NCBI GenBank assembly: GCA_029975155.1
Contig: JARKPQ010000037.1
Coordinates: 3,725 to 67,724 of the forward strand
DNA length: 64,000 nucleotides
Source of the DNA: Propionicimonas sp.
Lineage (GTDB): Bacteria; Actinomycetota; Actinomycetes; Propionibacteriales; Propionibacteriaceae
Direction: 5' to 3'
Shown here: positions 1 to 7,761 of the stretch, one piece after another
Position numbering within the stretch: position 1 is the stretch's first letter
Layout: every line of letters begins with the position of its first letter
The notes under the pieces: model-generated
The model's input: the letters and a program-made list of their open reading frames with translations, nothing else
What the model was told of the DNA's origin: nothing
Databases searched by the model: none
Translations under genes and position numbers: made by a program

Positions 1-158
1 CACCTATCCTTTCCCGAGGCGTCGGGCCGCGGTAGCCCCGGGCTCCAACATTCGCCGCTACGAGCGGCCACGCGCCGAGAGGCGCTCCCGGCCCGACGTC
101 ACCACCTTCCCAGCCGTTGACGCCACCCTCTGGGCGATCTACGGTCGAGGTGGGGGCG

Positions 159-992
159 ATGTCGATGAGGACCGTTCGTCAGCCCGCGGTGGCGGGTCGC
201 TTCTACCCCGGTCGTGTCGAAGATCTGACACGGACCGTCGATACGCTGCTCGACCGTGCGCGTCGTGCGTCGACCCGGTCAGCGACGCCGCCCAAAGCCC
301 TGATCGTGCCGCACGCCGGCTACGTGTACTCCGGGACCACCGCAGCCCTGGGCTATGCACAGCTCTTCCCCGGCCGGAGGCGGATCACGCGGGTGGTCCT
401 GCTGGGGCCCGCGCACTACGTCCCCTTCTCCGGCCTCGCCCTGCCGGACGCCACCGCCTTCGCCACTCCGCTGGGCGAGGTGCGGGTCGACCGGGGCGTG
501 GCCGGTCTGCTGAGCGCGCTGCCGCAGGTGCACACGTCCGCGCGGGCGCACGCGCCGGAGCACTCCCTCGAGGTGCAGCTGCCGTTCCTGCAACGGATGC
601 TGGACGGGTTCGCGCTCGTCCCGCTGGTCGTCGGGGATGCGACGCCGCAGGAGGTGGCCGCCGTCCTCGACGCGGTGTGGGGCGGGCCGGAGACGCTCCT
701 GCTGATCAGCTCCGACCTCTCCCACTACCTTCCCTACGACACCGCGGAGGCGATGGACGCCGACACCGTCCGGCGCATCCTCGCCCTCGAGTGGCCGCTC
801 CCGGACGGCAGCGCCTGCGGCGCCCGCGGGATCAATGGGCTGCTGGTGGCCGCGTCGGCCCGCGGGCTGACGCCGGTGCTCGTCGACCGGCGCAACTCCG
901 GCGACACCGCGGGCGACCGCGCCCGGGTGGTCGGGTACGCATCCGTCGCGTTCGGAACGGGTACAACTCCAGGAGGTGATCACGATGACTGA
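159..992 (+). CDS. amrB: AmmeMemoRadiSam system protein B (MEMO1 family)
   Basis: RQPAVAGRFYP, PHAGYVYSG, EHSLEVQLPFLQ, SSDLSHY and VVGYAS motifs; start placed at ATG 159 (or 165) rather than TTG 117. Confidence 0.92.
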   Translation: MSMRTVRQPAVAGRFYPGRVEDLTRTVDTLLDRARRASTRSATPPKALIVPHAGYVYSGTTAALGYAQLFPGRRRITRVVLLGPAHYVPFSGLALPDATAFATPLGEVRVDRGVAGLLSALPQVHTSARAHAPEHSLEVQLPFLQRMLDGFALVPLVVGDATPQEVAAVLDAVWGGPETLLLISSDLSHYLPYDTAEAMDADTVRRILALEWPLPDGSACGARGINGLLVAASARGLTPVLVDRRNSGDTAGDRARVVGYASVAFGTGTTPGGDHDD

Positions 993-1629
993 CCTCGATT
1001 CCCGGGTCATGGCCCCATCGCGTTCGGGTGTGGACGTGGCGCCCGGCCCGACCCGGCCTGAGGACGATCCCCAGGCCGGTCCGATCCTGCTCGGCCTGGC
1101 CCGTTCGGCGATCGTCGCCCGGGGCGCGGTCTCGGTGCCCGACGATGCGCCCGGCTGGCTGGGCGAGCCCGGCGCAACCTTTGTGACGCTGACCCGCCAG
1201 GGCCGGCTGCGTGGCTGCATCGGCTCGATCCAGGCGCGCCGCCGGTTGCGCGAGGACGTGGTGCACAACGCCTGCGCCGCGGCGTTCCACGACCCACGGT
1301 TCCCTCCGGTGGCGGCCGCGGAGGTGCCCGGGGTGCGGATCGAGGTGTCGCTGCTGTCGGCCAGCGAACCGCTGCCGTCGCGGACGCGGGAGGAGCTGCT
1401 GTACGCGGTCCGGCCGCACGTGGACGGGCTGATCCTCGGCTGGCACGGTCATCGCGGCACCTTCCTGCCGCAGGTGTGGGAGCAGTTGCCCGAGCCCGAG
1501 GACTTCATCGAGCACCTGCTGCACAAGGCGGGCCTGCCGGTGTCGTTCTGGGCCCCGGACCTCACCGCGAGGCGGTTCGGCGTCACCGCCTGGACCGAGC
1601 CCGAGCACCGGGAGCTGGTCCGTCCGTGA
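985..1629 (+). CDS. amrA: AmmeMemoRadiSam system protein A (AMMECR1 family)
   Basis: GATFVTL-LRGCIG, DPRF and TFLPQVWEQ motifs; AGGAGG RBS at 971-976 before ATG 985. Confidence 0.92.
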   Translation: MTDLDSRVMAPSRSGVDVAPGPTRPEDDPQAGPILLGLARSAIVARGAVSVPDDAPGWLGEPGATFVTLTRQGRLRGCIGSIQARRRLREDVVHNACAAAFHDPRFPPVAAAEVPGVRIEVSLLSASEPLPSRTREELLYAVRPHVDGLILGWHGHRGTFLPQVWEQLPEPEDFIEHLLHKAGLPVSFWAPDLTARRFGVTAWTEPEHRELVRP

Positions 1630-2705
1630 CCGCCGTCCAGCTGTATCCCGCGCGCTGGTGGCACCGGCTGGACGACGGCAGGATCCAGTGCGATCTGTGT
1701 CCACAGGCCTGCAGGCTGCGGGACGGGCAGCGCGGCGCGTGCTTCGTCCGGCGCCGGGAGGGCGAGCAGCTGGTGCTGACCACGTACGGGTACGCGTCCG
1801 GCTTCTGCGTCGACCCGATCGAGAAGAAGCCGCTCGCGCACTTCTACCCGGGCAGCAGCGTGCTGTCGTTCGGCACGGTGGGCTGCAACCTCGCGTGCAA
1901 ATTCTGCCAGAACTGGGACATCAGCACCTCGCGCGACATCGAGCGGCTCCAGGACCAGGCCTCGCCGGAGGCGATCGCGCGGACGGCCGTCCAGCTGGGC
2001 TGCCGCAGCGTGGCGTTCACCTACAACGACCCGGTGATCTTCGCCGAGTACGCGATCGACGTGGCGGACGCCTGCCGCGCGACCGGGCTCAATGCCGTCG
2101 CGGTGACCGCCGGCTACATCAACGACGAGCCGCGACGGGAGTTCTACGCGCACATGGACGCGGCGAACGTCGACCTGAAGGCGTTCACCGACGACTTCTA
2201 CGCCAAGATCACCCGCTCACACCTGCAACCCGTCCTGGACACGCTCACCTACCTGTCGGGCGAGACCTCGGTGTGGTTCGAGGTGACCACGCTGCTGATC
2301 CCGGGCCACAACGACTCCGACGACGAGTTGCGCCGGATGAGCGAGTGGCTGCTCACGGAACTCGGCCCGGACGTGCCGCTGCACTTCTCCGCGTTCCACC
2401 CCGACCACCACATGCGGGACGTCCCGCCGACACCGCCCGCGACCCTGCGCCGGGCGCGCCGGATCGCCATGGACGCCGGCCTGCGCTACGTCTACACCGG
2501 CAACGTGCACGACGTGGCCGGCGACACCACCTGGTGCCCCGACTGCGGCGAGCCGCTGGTCGTCCGCGACTGGTACCGGATCATCGACTACCGGCTCACC
2601 CCGGACGGCCGCTGCCCCGAGTGCGGGTTCGCCGTCGCCGGCCACTTCGCTGAGTCCGCCGGCGACTTCGGCCCGCGCCGGATCCCCGTCCGCATCGCCG
2701 ACTGA
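1626..2705 (+). CDS. amrS: AmmeMemoRadiSam system radical SAM enzyme
   Basis: CNLACKFCQN radical SAM motif, N-terminal CDLCP-C-C, DPIEKKPL; GTG 1626 overlaps the amrA stop. Confidence 0.92.
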   Translation: MTAVQLYPARWWHRLDDGRIQCDLCPQACRLRDGQRGACFVRRREGEQLVLTTYGYASGFCVDPIEKKPLAHFYPGSSVLSFGTVGCNLACKFCQNWDISTSRDIERLQDQASPEAIARTAVQLGCRSVAFTYNDPVIFAEYAIDVADACRATGLNAVAVTAGYINDEPRREFYAHMDAANVDLKAFTDDFYAKITRSHLQPVLDTLTYLSGETSVWFEVTTLLIPGHNDSDDELRRMSEWLLTELGPDVPLHFSAFHPDHHMRDVPPTPPATLRRARRIAMDAGLRYVYTGNVHDVAGDTTWCPDCGEPLVVRDWYRIIDYRLTPDGRCPECGFAVAGHFAESAGDFGPRRIPVRIAD

Positions 2706-2762
2706 ACGGGAATGGGACCTGTCCCCGACCGAACGACCGGGGACAGGTCCCATTCCCGTTCA
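2703..2762. repeat. REP-like family A inverted pair (TGAACGGGAATGGGACCTGTCCCC ... GGGGACAGGTCCCATTCCCGTTCA)
   Basis: 24-bp perfect inverted repeat starting at the amrS stop codon; related copies at 9659-9719, 22008-22041, 42617-42650, 50931-50965, 53397-53424 and 55448-55482. Confidence 0.85.
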
Positions 2763-2892
2763 CAGCAGGACCGCATTGCCCAACCGTTCGTCGAGCCCAA
2801 CCGTTCGTCGTCGCGCCCAACCGTTCGTCGAGCTTGTCGAGACGCGGCTGTGCTCTCGACAAGCTCGTCCAGGGTGCACGTGGGGTGCGTGT

Positions 2893-3924
2893 CTACAGCA
2901 GGGCCAGCAGGGTGTCCGGGTTGTGACGGTAGGTGTCCAGGTTCTGGGTGCCGGAGCTGAGTGCCTCGAGGGTGTCGGTGAGCACCCGGTTCACGGGGGT
3001 GGGGACGCCGTGCGCCTCCCCGTGGCGGACGACGGCGCCGTTCAGGTAGCTCACCTCGGTCCGGCCGCGGCCGGAGTACAGGTCGATGTGGAAGGACGGC
3101 ATCTTGTCGCCGCGGCCGCCACCCAACGCCTTCGTCAGGACGGGCTGGGCCAGGAACCGCGGCAGCTTCGTCGCTGCCAGCGCCAGCGCGCGGACGGGCG
3201 TGCCCGGCAGGTCGACGGGCCGGTATCCGAGAGCGGCCATCACGGCGAGACACTCGCGCAGCACCGCGATCTCGATCTCGTAGGTGCGCCGGTCGGCGAA
3301 CAGGGCCCCCACCGGCTCGTCCAGGATCGCGGACGTCGCGTTGCCGGTGAGGTTGGTGAGCAGCTTCGACCACTTCATCGGTCCGGGCTCGGGGTAGCCG
3401 ACCGCGTTCAGCTGCGCGTCGTTGAGCGCGTCCACCAGCCGCTGGCCGAGCGGATGGTCCAGCGCGATGCCGATGCCGCGCCGCTTCTCCTCGATCACCT
3501 GGCCGATGCCGGGTTTGCCGACGGCGGTGGTGACCGTCCCGGTGATCACCCGGCCGGGCCCGAGTTTCGCAGCGATCAGTGGCTCGTTGTCCACCCCGTT
3601 CTGCAGCGACAGCACCGGCGGCAGGTCGGCGCCGGTGGCGAGCAGCCCGTCCAGCGCCGGCCCGGTGTCGAACGACTTGAGCGCGACCACGCACGCGTCG
3701 TAGGGACCGGCGGCCAGCGCCTCCGCGGCGGAGCCGAAGATCGCGAAGTCGCGGACGGGGGTCGTCCGGTCGTCCCGGGTGAGCCGCAGGCCCTGCTCGG
3801 CGATCGCCGCCGCCGCGTCCGGCTGTTCGCTGTAGGTGACGCGGTGCCCGGCCGCGGCGAGCGACCCGCCGACGTAGGTGCCGATCGCGCCGGCGCCGAG
3901 GAACAGCAGCCGCAGTTCAGGCAC
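2893..3924 (-). CDS. Ketopantoate reductase family protein (ApbA/PanE)
   Basis: LFLGAGAIG Rossmann motif, LSLQNG, KWSKLLTN, MPSFHIDL and TEVSYLNGAVV; GTG start at 3924. Confidence 0.85.
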   Translation of the reverse strand: MPELRLLFLGAGAIGTYVGGSLAAAGHRVTYSEQPDAAAAIAEQGLRLTRDDRTTPVRDFAIFGSAAEALAAGPYDACVVALKSFDTGPALDGLLATGADLPPVLSLQNGVDNEPLIAAKLGPGRVITGTVTTAVGKPGIGQVIEEKRRGIGIALDHPLGQRLVDALNDAQLNAVGYPEPGPMKWSKLLTNLTGNATSAILDEPVGALFADRRTYEIEIAVLRECLAVMAALGYRPVDLPGTPVRALALAATKLPRFLAQPVLTKALGGGRGDKMPSFHIDLYSGRGRTEVSYLNGAVVRHGEAHGVPTPVNRVLTDTLEALSSGTQNLDTYRHNPDTLLALL

Positions 3925-4081
3925 CGGGCGCCTGCTCCTGCTCGAGCCGGTCGAGGATCCAGGCACGGACGAGCGTGGACGCCGGCAGGTGCCGGGCATC
4001 GGCGATCTTCTGGATGGCGTTGCTCTCGGCCGGGCTGAGCCGGACGGAGTAGACGAGCGTGCGACGCTGAGGTGCTGTCAT
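3917..4081 (-). CDS. Small ribbon-helix-helix (CopG/antitoxin-like) protein, 54 aa
   Basis: MTAPQRRTLVYSVRLSPAESNAIQKIADARHLPASTLVRAWILDRLEQE has a beta-alpha-alpha RHH pattern; TACCCT -10-like hexamer 7 nt before the ATG (leaderless); overlaps the next gene by 8 bp. Confidence 0.7.
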   Translation of the reverse strand: MTAPQRRTLVYSVRLSPAESNAIQKIADARHLPASTLVRAWILDRLEQEQAPGA

Positions 4082-4221
4082 GTAGTACAGGGTAATACTC
4101 CGCCCGTGCTCCGGCTGCCGAAACTGCCCGAAGCTGCCGAACCTTCGGCAGCTTCGGTGACTTTCGGCAGCTTCAGCGGGGCGGGCGGGGCGGGCGGGGG
4201 CGGGCGTCAGGGGGCGGGGGG

Positions 4222-6717
4222 TCAGGGGGCGGGGGCGGCTCGCCAGGGGGAGCCGAGTACCACGAAGGCCGAGCCGGGGGCGGCCGCCGCCAGAGCCTCG
4301 TCGCTGGGCAGCCCTCGGGAGAGGCGGGCGTGATAGGCGGCCATCAGCGCGGCGGTCGCATCGTCCGGGACGGGCGCGACCGCCGCCACCACCGAGCTGA
4401 CGCCCAGCGCGAGCAGTGTGTGGGCGAGACCGAGGGGCTCGTCCCCGGGACGCACCTGTGCGGTGCCCACCTCGCAGGCGGAGAGGACGACGTGGCCCGC
4501 TCGCACGTCCCCGGTGGGCAACTCGTGCGCGTAGACGTCGCCGTCGGCCATCCGCAGCGAGGAGAACAGCGGGCTCGCCGGCTGGTGCTGCCCGTGCGCC
4601 GCGACGTGGACGAGGTCCGCGCCGGCGAGGGCGTCGACCAGGTCGGACGCGGTGGCGTCCCCGACCGGACCGGCGAGTCCCCACGCGGCCGAGACGTCCA
4701 CGGCCTCAGCCGCGGCGTGGCGCAGGCCGGGCCCGGTGACCACGCGCACGCCCGGGTCACGCACGGCCGAACGTCCGCCCGCCCACTCGGTGGCCGACCG
4801 GGCGACCGTCACCGGGACGCCGGCGAGCGAGGGCAGCAGCCCCCACGGCACGGACGCGACCGCGTGCGTCCCGACCACGACCAGCCCCGCCGACCGCAAC
4901 CGCCAGGGCCGGACGACCGTCCCGTCCAGCCAGTCGAGCCCGGCCGCGAGGGACGCGCCGATCGCCTCCCGCAGCGGGCCGGCGGGCTGGTAGGCCAGCG
5001 CACGGAGGTCCGCCTGCAGCCGACGCGAGACCTCCAGGCAGCGGCTCAGATCGGCCAGGCGGGCGAGCCGTCGCCGTCCGGCCACCACCCCGACGCCCCA
5101 CAGTCCGCCGTCGTGCGGGAACAGCCACAGCAGGTCCCGATCGGCGGCGCGCAGGCTGGCGAGGGCCTCCGGCAGCACCGGCAGCGGCCGGACGGCGTCC
5201 CCGTCCTGCCGCTGGGCGAGAGCGAGGTCGGTCAGCTCGCGGCGCAGCCGGGCCATCTCGCTGCGGCGGTCGGCGGTCGCGGGGGAGTCCGGTTCGTCGC
5301 GAAGTGCCTGTGACAAGGAGCGGAGCCGCTGGGTGAGTTCAGCCTGCCGGGAGTCCGTCGGCGGGCGGACCACCGGGAGTCCGAGGCTGGTCCAGCGCTC
5401 GAGGGTGCTCAGCGCGTCGGTCGGCCCGCGCTGGACGGCCAGGCCGAGGTCGAGTTCGGTGAGGCGCAGGCTCAGCACCTTGCGCGCCGCCCGCGAGTCC
5501 AGCGACGCGCTCACCGCCTGGGACGATGCGAGGTCCGCCGCGGCGGCAGCGAGCCGGCGCCGCGGAGATCGCCCGGCGGCAACGTCGGTCACGGCTGCGG
5601 CGTAGACGTGACGCAGGTGCAGGATCAACCCGAAGGACTCGGGTGGGTACCGACGTAGCGCGGCCCGTGCCACATCGATGCGCCCCAGGCGTGCCGCGGC
5701 TTCAGCGGCGACGGCGATGCTGCGGGCCCTCAGCTCTCCGTCCCCGAGCCGGCGGGCGATGTCCTCGTGCGCGAGGGCGCCGCTCACCACGTCGGGGAGT
5801 CGGCGTCCGCGACTGAGGTCGCAGTCGAGCACGATCATTCCTGCCCGCGCCGCGGGGCCTGGTGCGCCGAGCCTCTGGAATCTCGTGCGGGACGCTCGGG
5901 CTGACGCCGCAGCCTCATCGAAATCTCCGATGAGTCGCAGCAACAACGCGCGCTCCCTGTCGATCTCCGCGCGCAGGATACGGTCTTGGTGCGGACGGCA
6001 TGCGGCCTGCGCACGATCGAGAGCGTCGACGGCGTCGTCCAGGAGACCCGCCTCGCCCAGTACCCGGGCGAGGTCGAACAGCGAGGTGCCGCGGAACACA
6101 TCGGCGGGCAGTTCCTCAGCCGCGGCCATGGTGGCGAGCGCCTGTGGCAGGTCTCCGGTCAGGTAGAGCGCGTAGCCACGATTGTGTTCGGCCATGAACA
6201 GCTCGCGGTCGTCACCCACTTCTCGGGCCAACTCCGCTGCTGCCTCGAACTCGCGCAGGGCGTCCGCGGGCCTACCGAGCTCGAAGAAGACCATGCCCCG
6301 GTTGAGCCGCATGGCGCACCGCTCGTACGGCGTGAACCACTGCGGTTCGTCGACCACAACCTGGAGCTCGACCTCCGCCGTGGCAAGGTCACCGCAGCGA
6401 CCATGGATCAGGCCCCTCTGGCAGCGCCACCGCGCCACGAGTTCAGGGCTGTCCGCCGCCAGTCGGTGCGCTTCCTCGAGTCGTGGAACGGCTGCGGCCA
6501 GACCTCCGAGCAGCATCTCCGACACCGCCAGGGTGAGCAGGCAGGCGACCCTGACCGATTCGACGTCAGGCGGCGCGGGGGTGTCGAGCGATGGCAGGAG
6601 ACGAAGCGCCGTTCTGAGCTTGCGTCCGGCGGCCGCGGGCCGGCCCGCCGCGTTGTCCGCCAGGCCCGAGAGCCGCAGCTCCCGGGCGCGCTCGACAACA
6701 GCCGGGCCGGCCGACAT
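4222..6717 (-). CDS. TPR-CHAT domain protein (caspase-like cysteine protease)
   Basis: N-terminal helical TPR-like repeats (LNRGMVFFELG, HNRGYALYLTGD); C-terminal CHAT with VHVAAHG (His), FSSLRMADG and VVLSACEVG (Cys). Confidence 0.9.
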   Translation of the reverse strand: MSAGPAVVERARELRLSGLADNAAGRPAAAGRKLRTALRLLPSLDTPAPPDVESVRVACLLTLAVSEMLLGGLAAAVPRLEEAHRLAADSPELVARWRCQRGLIHGRCGDLATAEVELQVVVDEPQWFTPYERCAMRLNRGMVFFELGRPADALREFEAAAELAREVGDDRELFMAEHNRGYALYLTGDLPQALATMAAAEELPADVFRGTSLFDLARVLGEAGLLDDAVDALDRAQAACRPHQDRILRAEIDRERALLLRLIGDFDEAAASARASRTRFQRLGAPGPAARAGMIVLDCDLSRGRRLPDVVSGALAHEDIARRLGDGELRARSIAVAAEAAARLGRIDVARAALRRYPPESFGLILHLRHVYAAAVTDVAAGRSPRRRLAAAAADLASSQAVSASLDSRAARKVLSLRLTELDLGLAVQRGPTDALSTLERWTSLGLPVVRPPTDSRQAELTQRLRSLSQALRDEPDSPATADRRSEMARLRRELTDLALAQRQDGDAVRPLPVLPEALASLRAADRDLLWLFPHDGGLWGVGVVAGRRRLARLADLSRCLEVSRRLQADLRALAYQPAGPLREAIGASLAAGLDWLDGTVVRPWRLRSAGLVVVGTHAVASVPWGLLPSLAGVPVTVARSATEWAGGRSAVRDPGVRVVTGPGLRHAAAEAVDVSAAWGLAGPVGDATASDLVDALAGADLVHVAAHGQHQPASPLFSSLRMADGDVYAHELPTGDVRAGHVVLSACEVGTAQVRPGDEPLGLAHTLLALGVSSVVAAVAPVPDDATAALMAAYHARLSRGLPSDEALAAAAPGSAFVVLGSPWRAAPAP

Positions 6718-6722
6718 CGCCC

Positions 6723-7190
6723 TCAGATCTCGACAGACGGTGTGATCACCGGCCGGTAGCCCTCGCGGCGGACGACGAAGTGAACCCGTCCACGCGGCAC
6801 GGCGTCCATCGAGAACCGGCCCAAGTCGTCAGCGGTGGCCGAGCGGGTGACTCCCTCGGCAACTGCGTCAACGGTGGACGCGGGATCGGTGACCCAGCCG
6901 TCGATTCGTGCGTGGTGGGCAGAGGTGACCGTGGTGATCATCAGGCTGAGGGATCCGCTGGTGAACGTGACGGAATCGGTTGCGTCGCCGCGGACGCCGA
7001 TCAACTCCCCTGAGGTCAGCTCGGCAATGTCGGCCTCGAGTTCTGCAACCGCGAGGGCGAAGTCGATCCGCTCCAGGAGATCGGACGGTACCGGGTCGAT
7101 CGTGGCGTAGAGCGTGGCCAGTCCGGCGAGGATGCGCTGGTCGATGGCGTCGATCGGCTCATCGGCACCCGGGTAGAACTCTTCAGGCAT
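6723..7190 (-). CDS. Small protein between sigma and CHAT; putative soluble anti-sigma with C-terminal carboxypeptidase-regulatory-like beta domain
   Basis: Acidic helical N-terminus (DPVPSDLLERIDFAL), GVRG linker, beta-rich C-terminus (ADDLGRFSMDAVPRG); 1 bp from the sigma stop; anti-sigma role is inferred. Confidence 0.65.
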   Translation of the reverse strand: MPEEFYPGADEPIDAIDQRILAGLATLYATIDPVPSDLLERIDFALAVAELEADIAELTSGELIGVRGDATDSVTFTSGSLSLMITTVTSAHHARIDGWVTDPASTVDAVAEGVTRSATADDLGRFSMDAVPRGRVHFVVRREGYRPVITPSVEI

Positions 7191-7191
7191 G

Positions 7192-7761
7192 TCAGGCCTC
7201 CCAACTCGGATCGGTGACGAGAGCGGCGCGCAGCTTGGCCAGACAACGTCCCCGGGTGGGGCCGATGCTGCCGATCGGCATGCCGAGACTGGCCGCGACG
7301 CCGGCGTAGTCAGGAGTCGCAGCGAAGGCGATCACCCGCAGCAGCGCCCGGCAGCGCTCGGACAGTTCGCTGACGTGCCGCCACAACACCTGCTGCTGGT
7401 CCGTGCGAACGCTGATCTCCTCAGGGGTGAGCTCATCGACTGCCTCGGGCACTCCCGTCTCGGGAACGGCTTCGCGTGCGGCGAGCCGCATCAGCCGCCA
7501 CGTCTCCCGCTTGACGGTGATCACCAGCCAGGACACGACTCCCTTCGGGTCGGCGATGGCGTCCGAGGCATCCACCAAGCGCAGCCACGCAGTCTGGATC
7601 GCGTCCTCAGCTATCTGCTGCGGCGCGCGTTGGGCGCGCGCCGTGTGCCACAGCAGCGGAGTGAGCAGGGCGACCAGCGTGCGCAACTGGTCTCGGTCAC
7701 CTGCTCGATAGGCGACGAACGAACTGGCGGCCTGGGCGCCGAGCGATGCGGTGGCAGTCAT
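7192..7761 (-). CDS. ECF sigma-70 family RNA polymerase sigma factor
   Basis: Region 2 AEDAIQTAWLRL...WLVITVKRE; region 4 LSERCRALLR...YAGVAASLGMPIGSIGPTRGRCL; overlaps the S8 stop by 4 bp. Confidence 0.9.
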   Translation of the reverse strand: MTATASLGAQAASSFVAYRAGDRDQLRTLVALLTPLLWHTARAQRAPQQIAEDAIQTAWLRLVDASDAIADPKGVVSWLVITVKRETWRLMRLAAREAVPETGVPEAVDELTPEEISVRTDQQQVLWRHVSELSERCRALLRVIAFAATPDYAGVAASLGMPIGSIGPTRGRCLAKLRAALVTDPSWEA

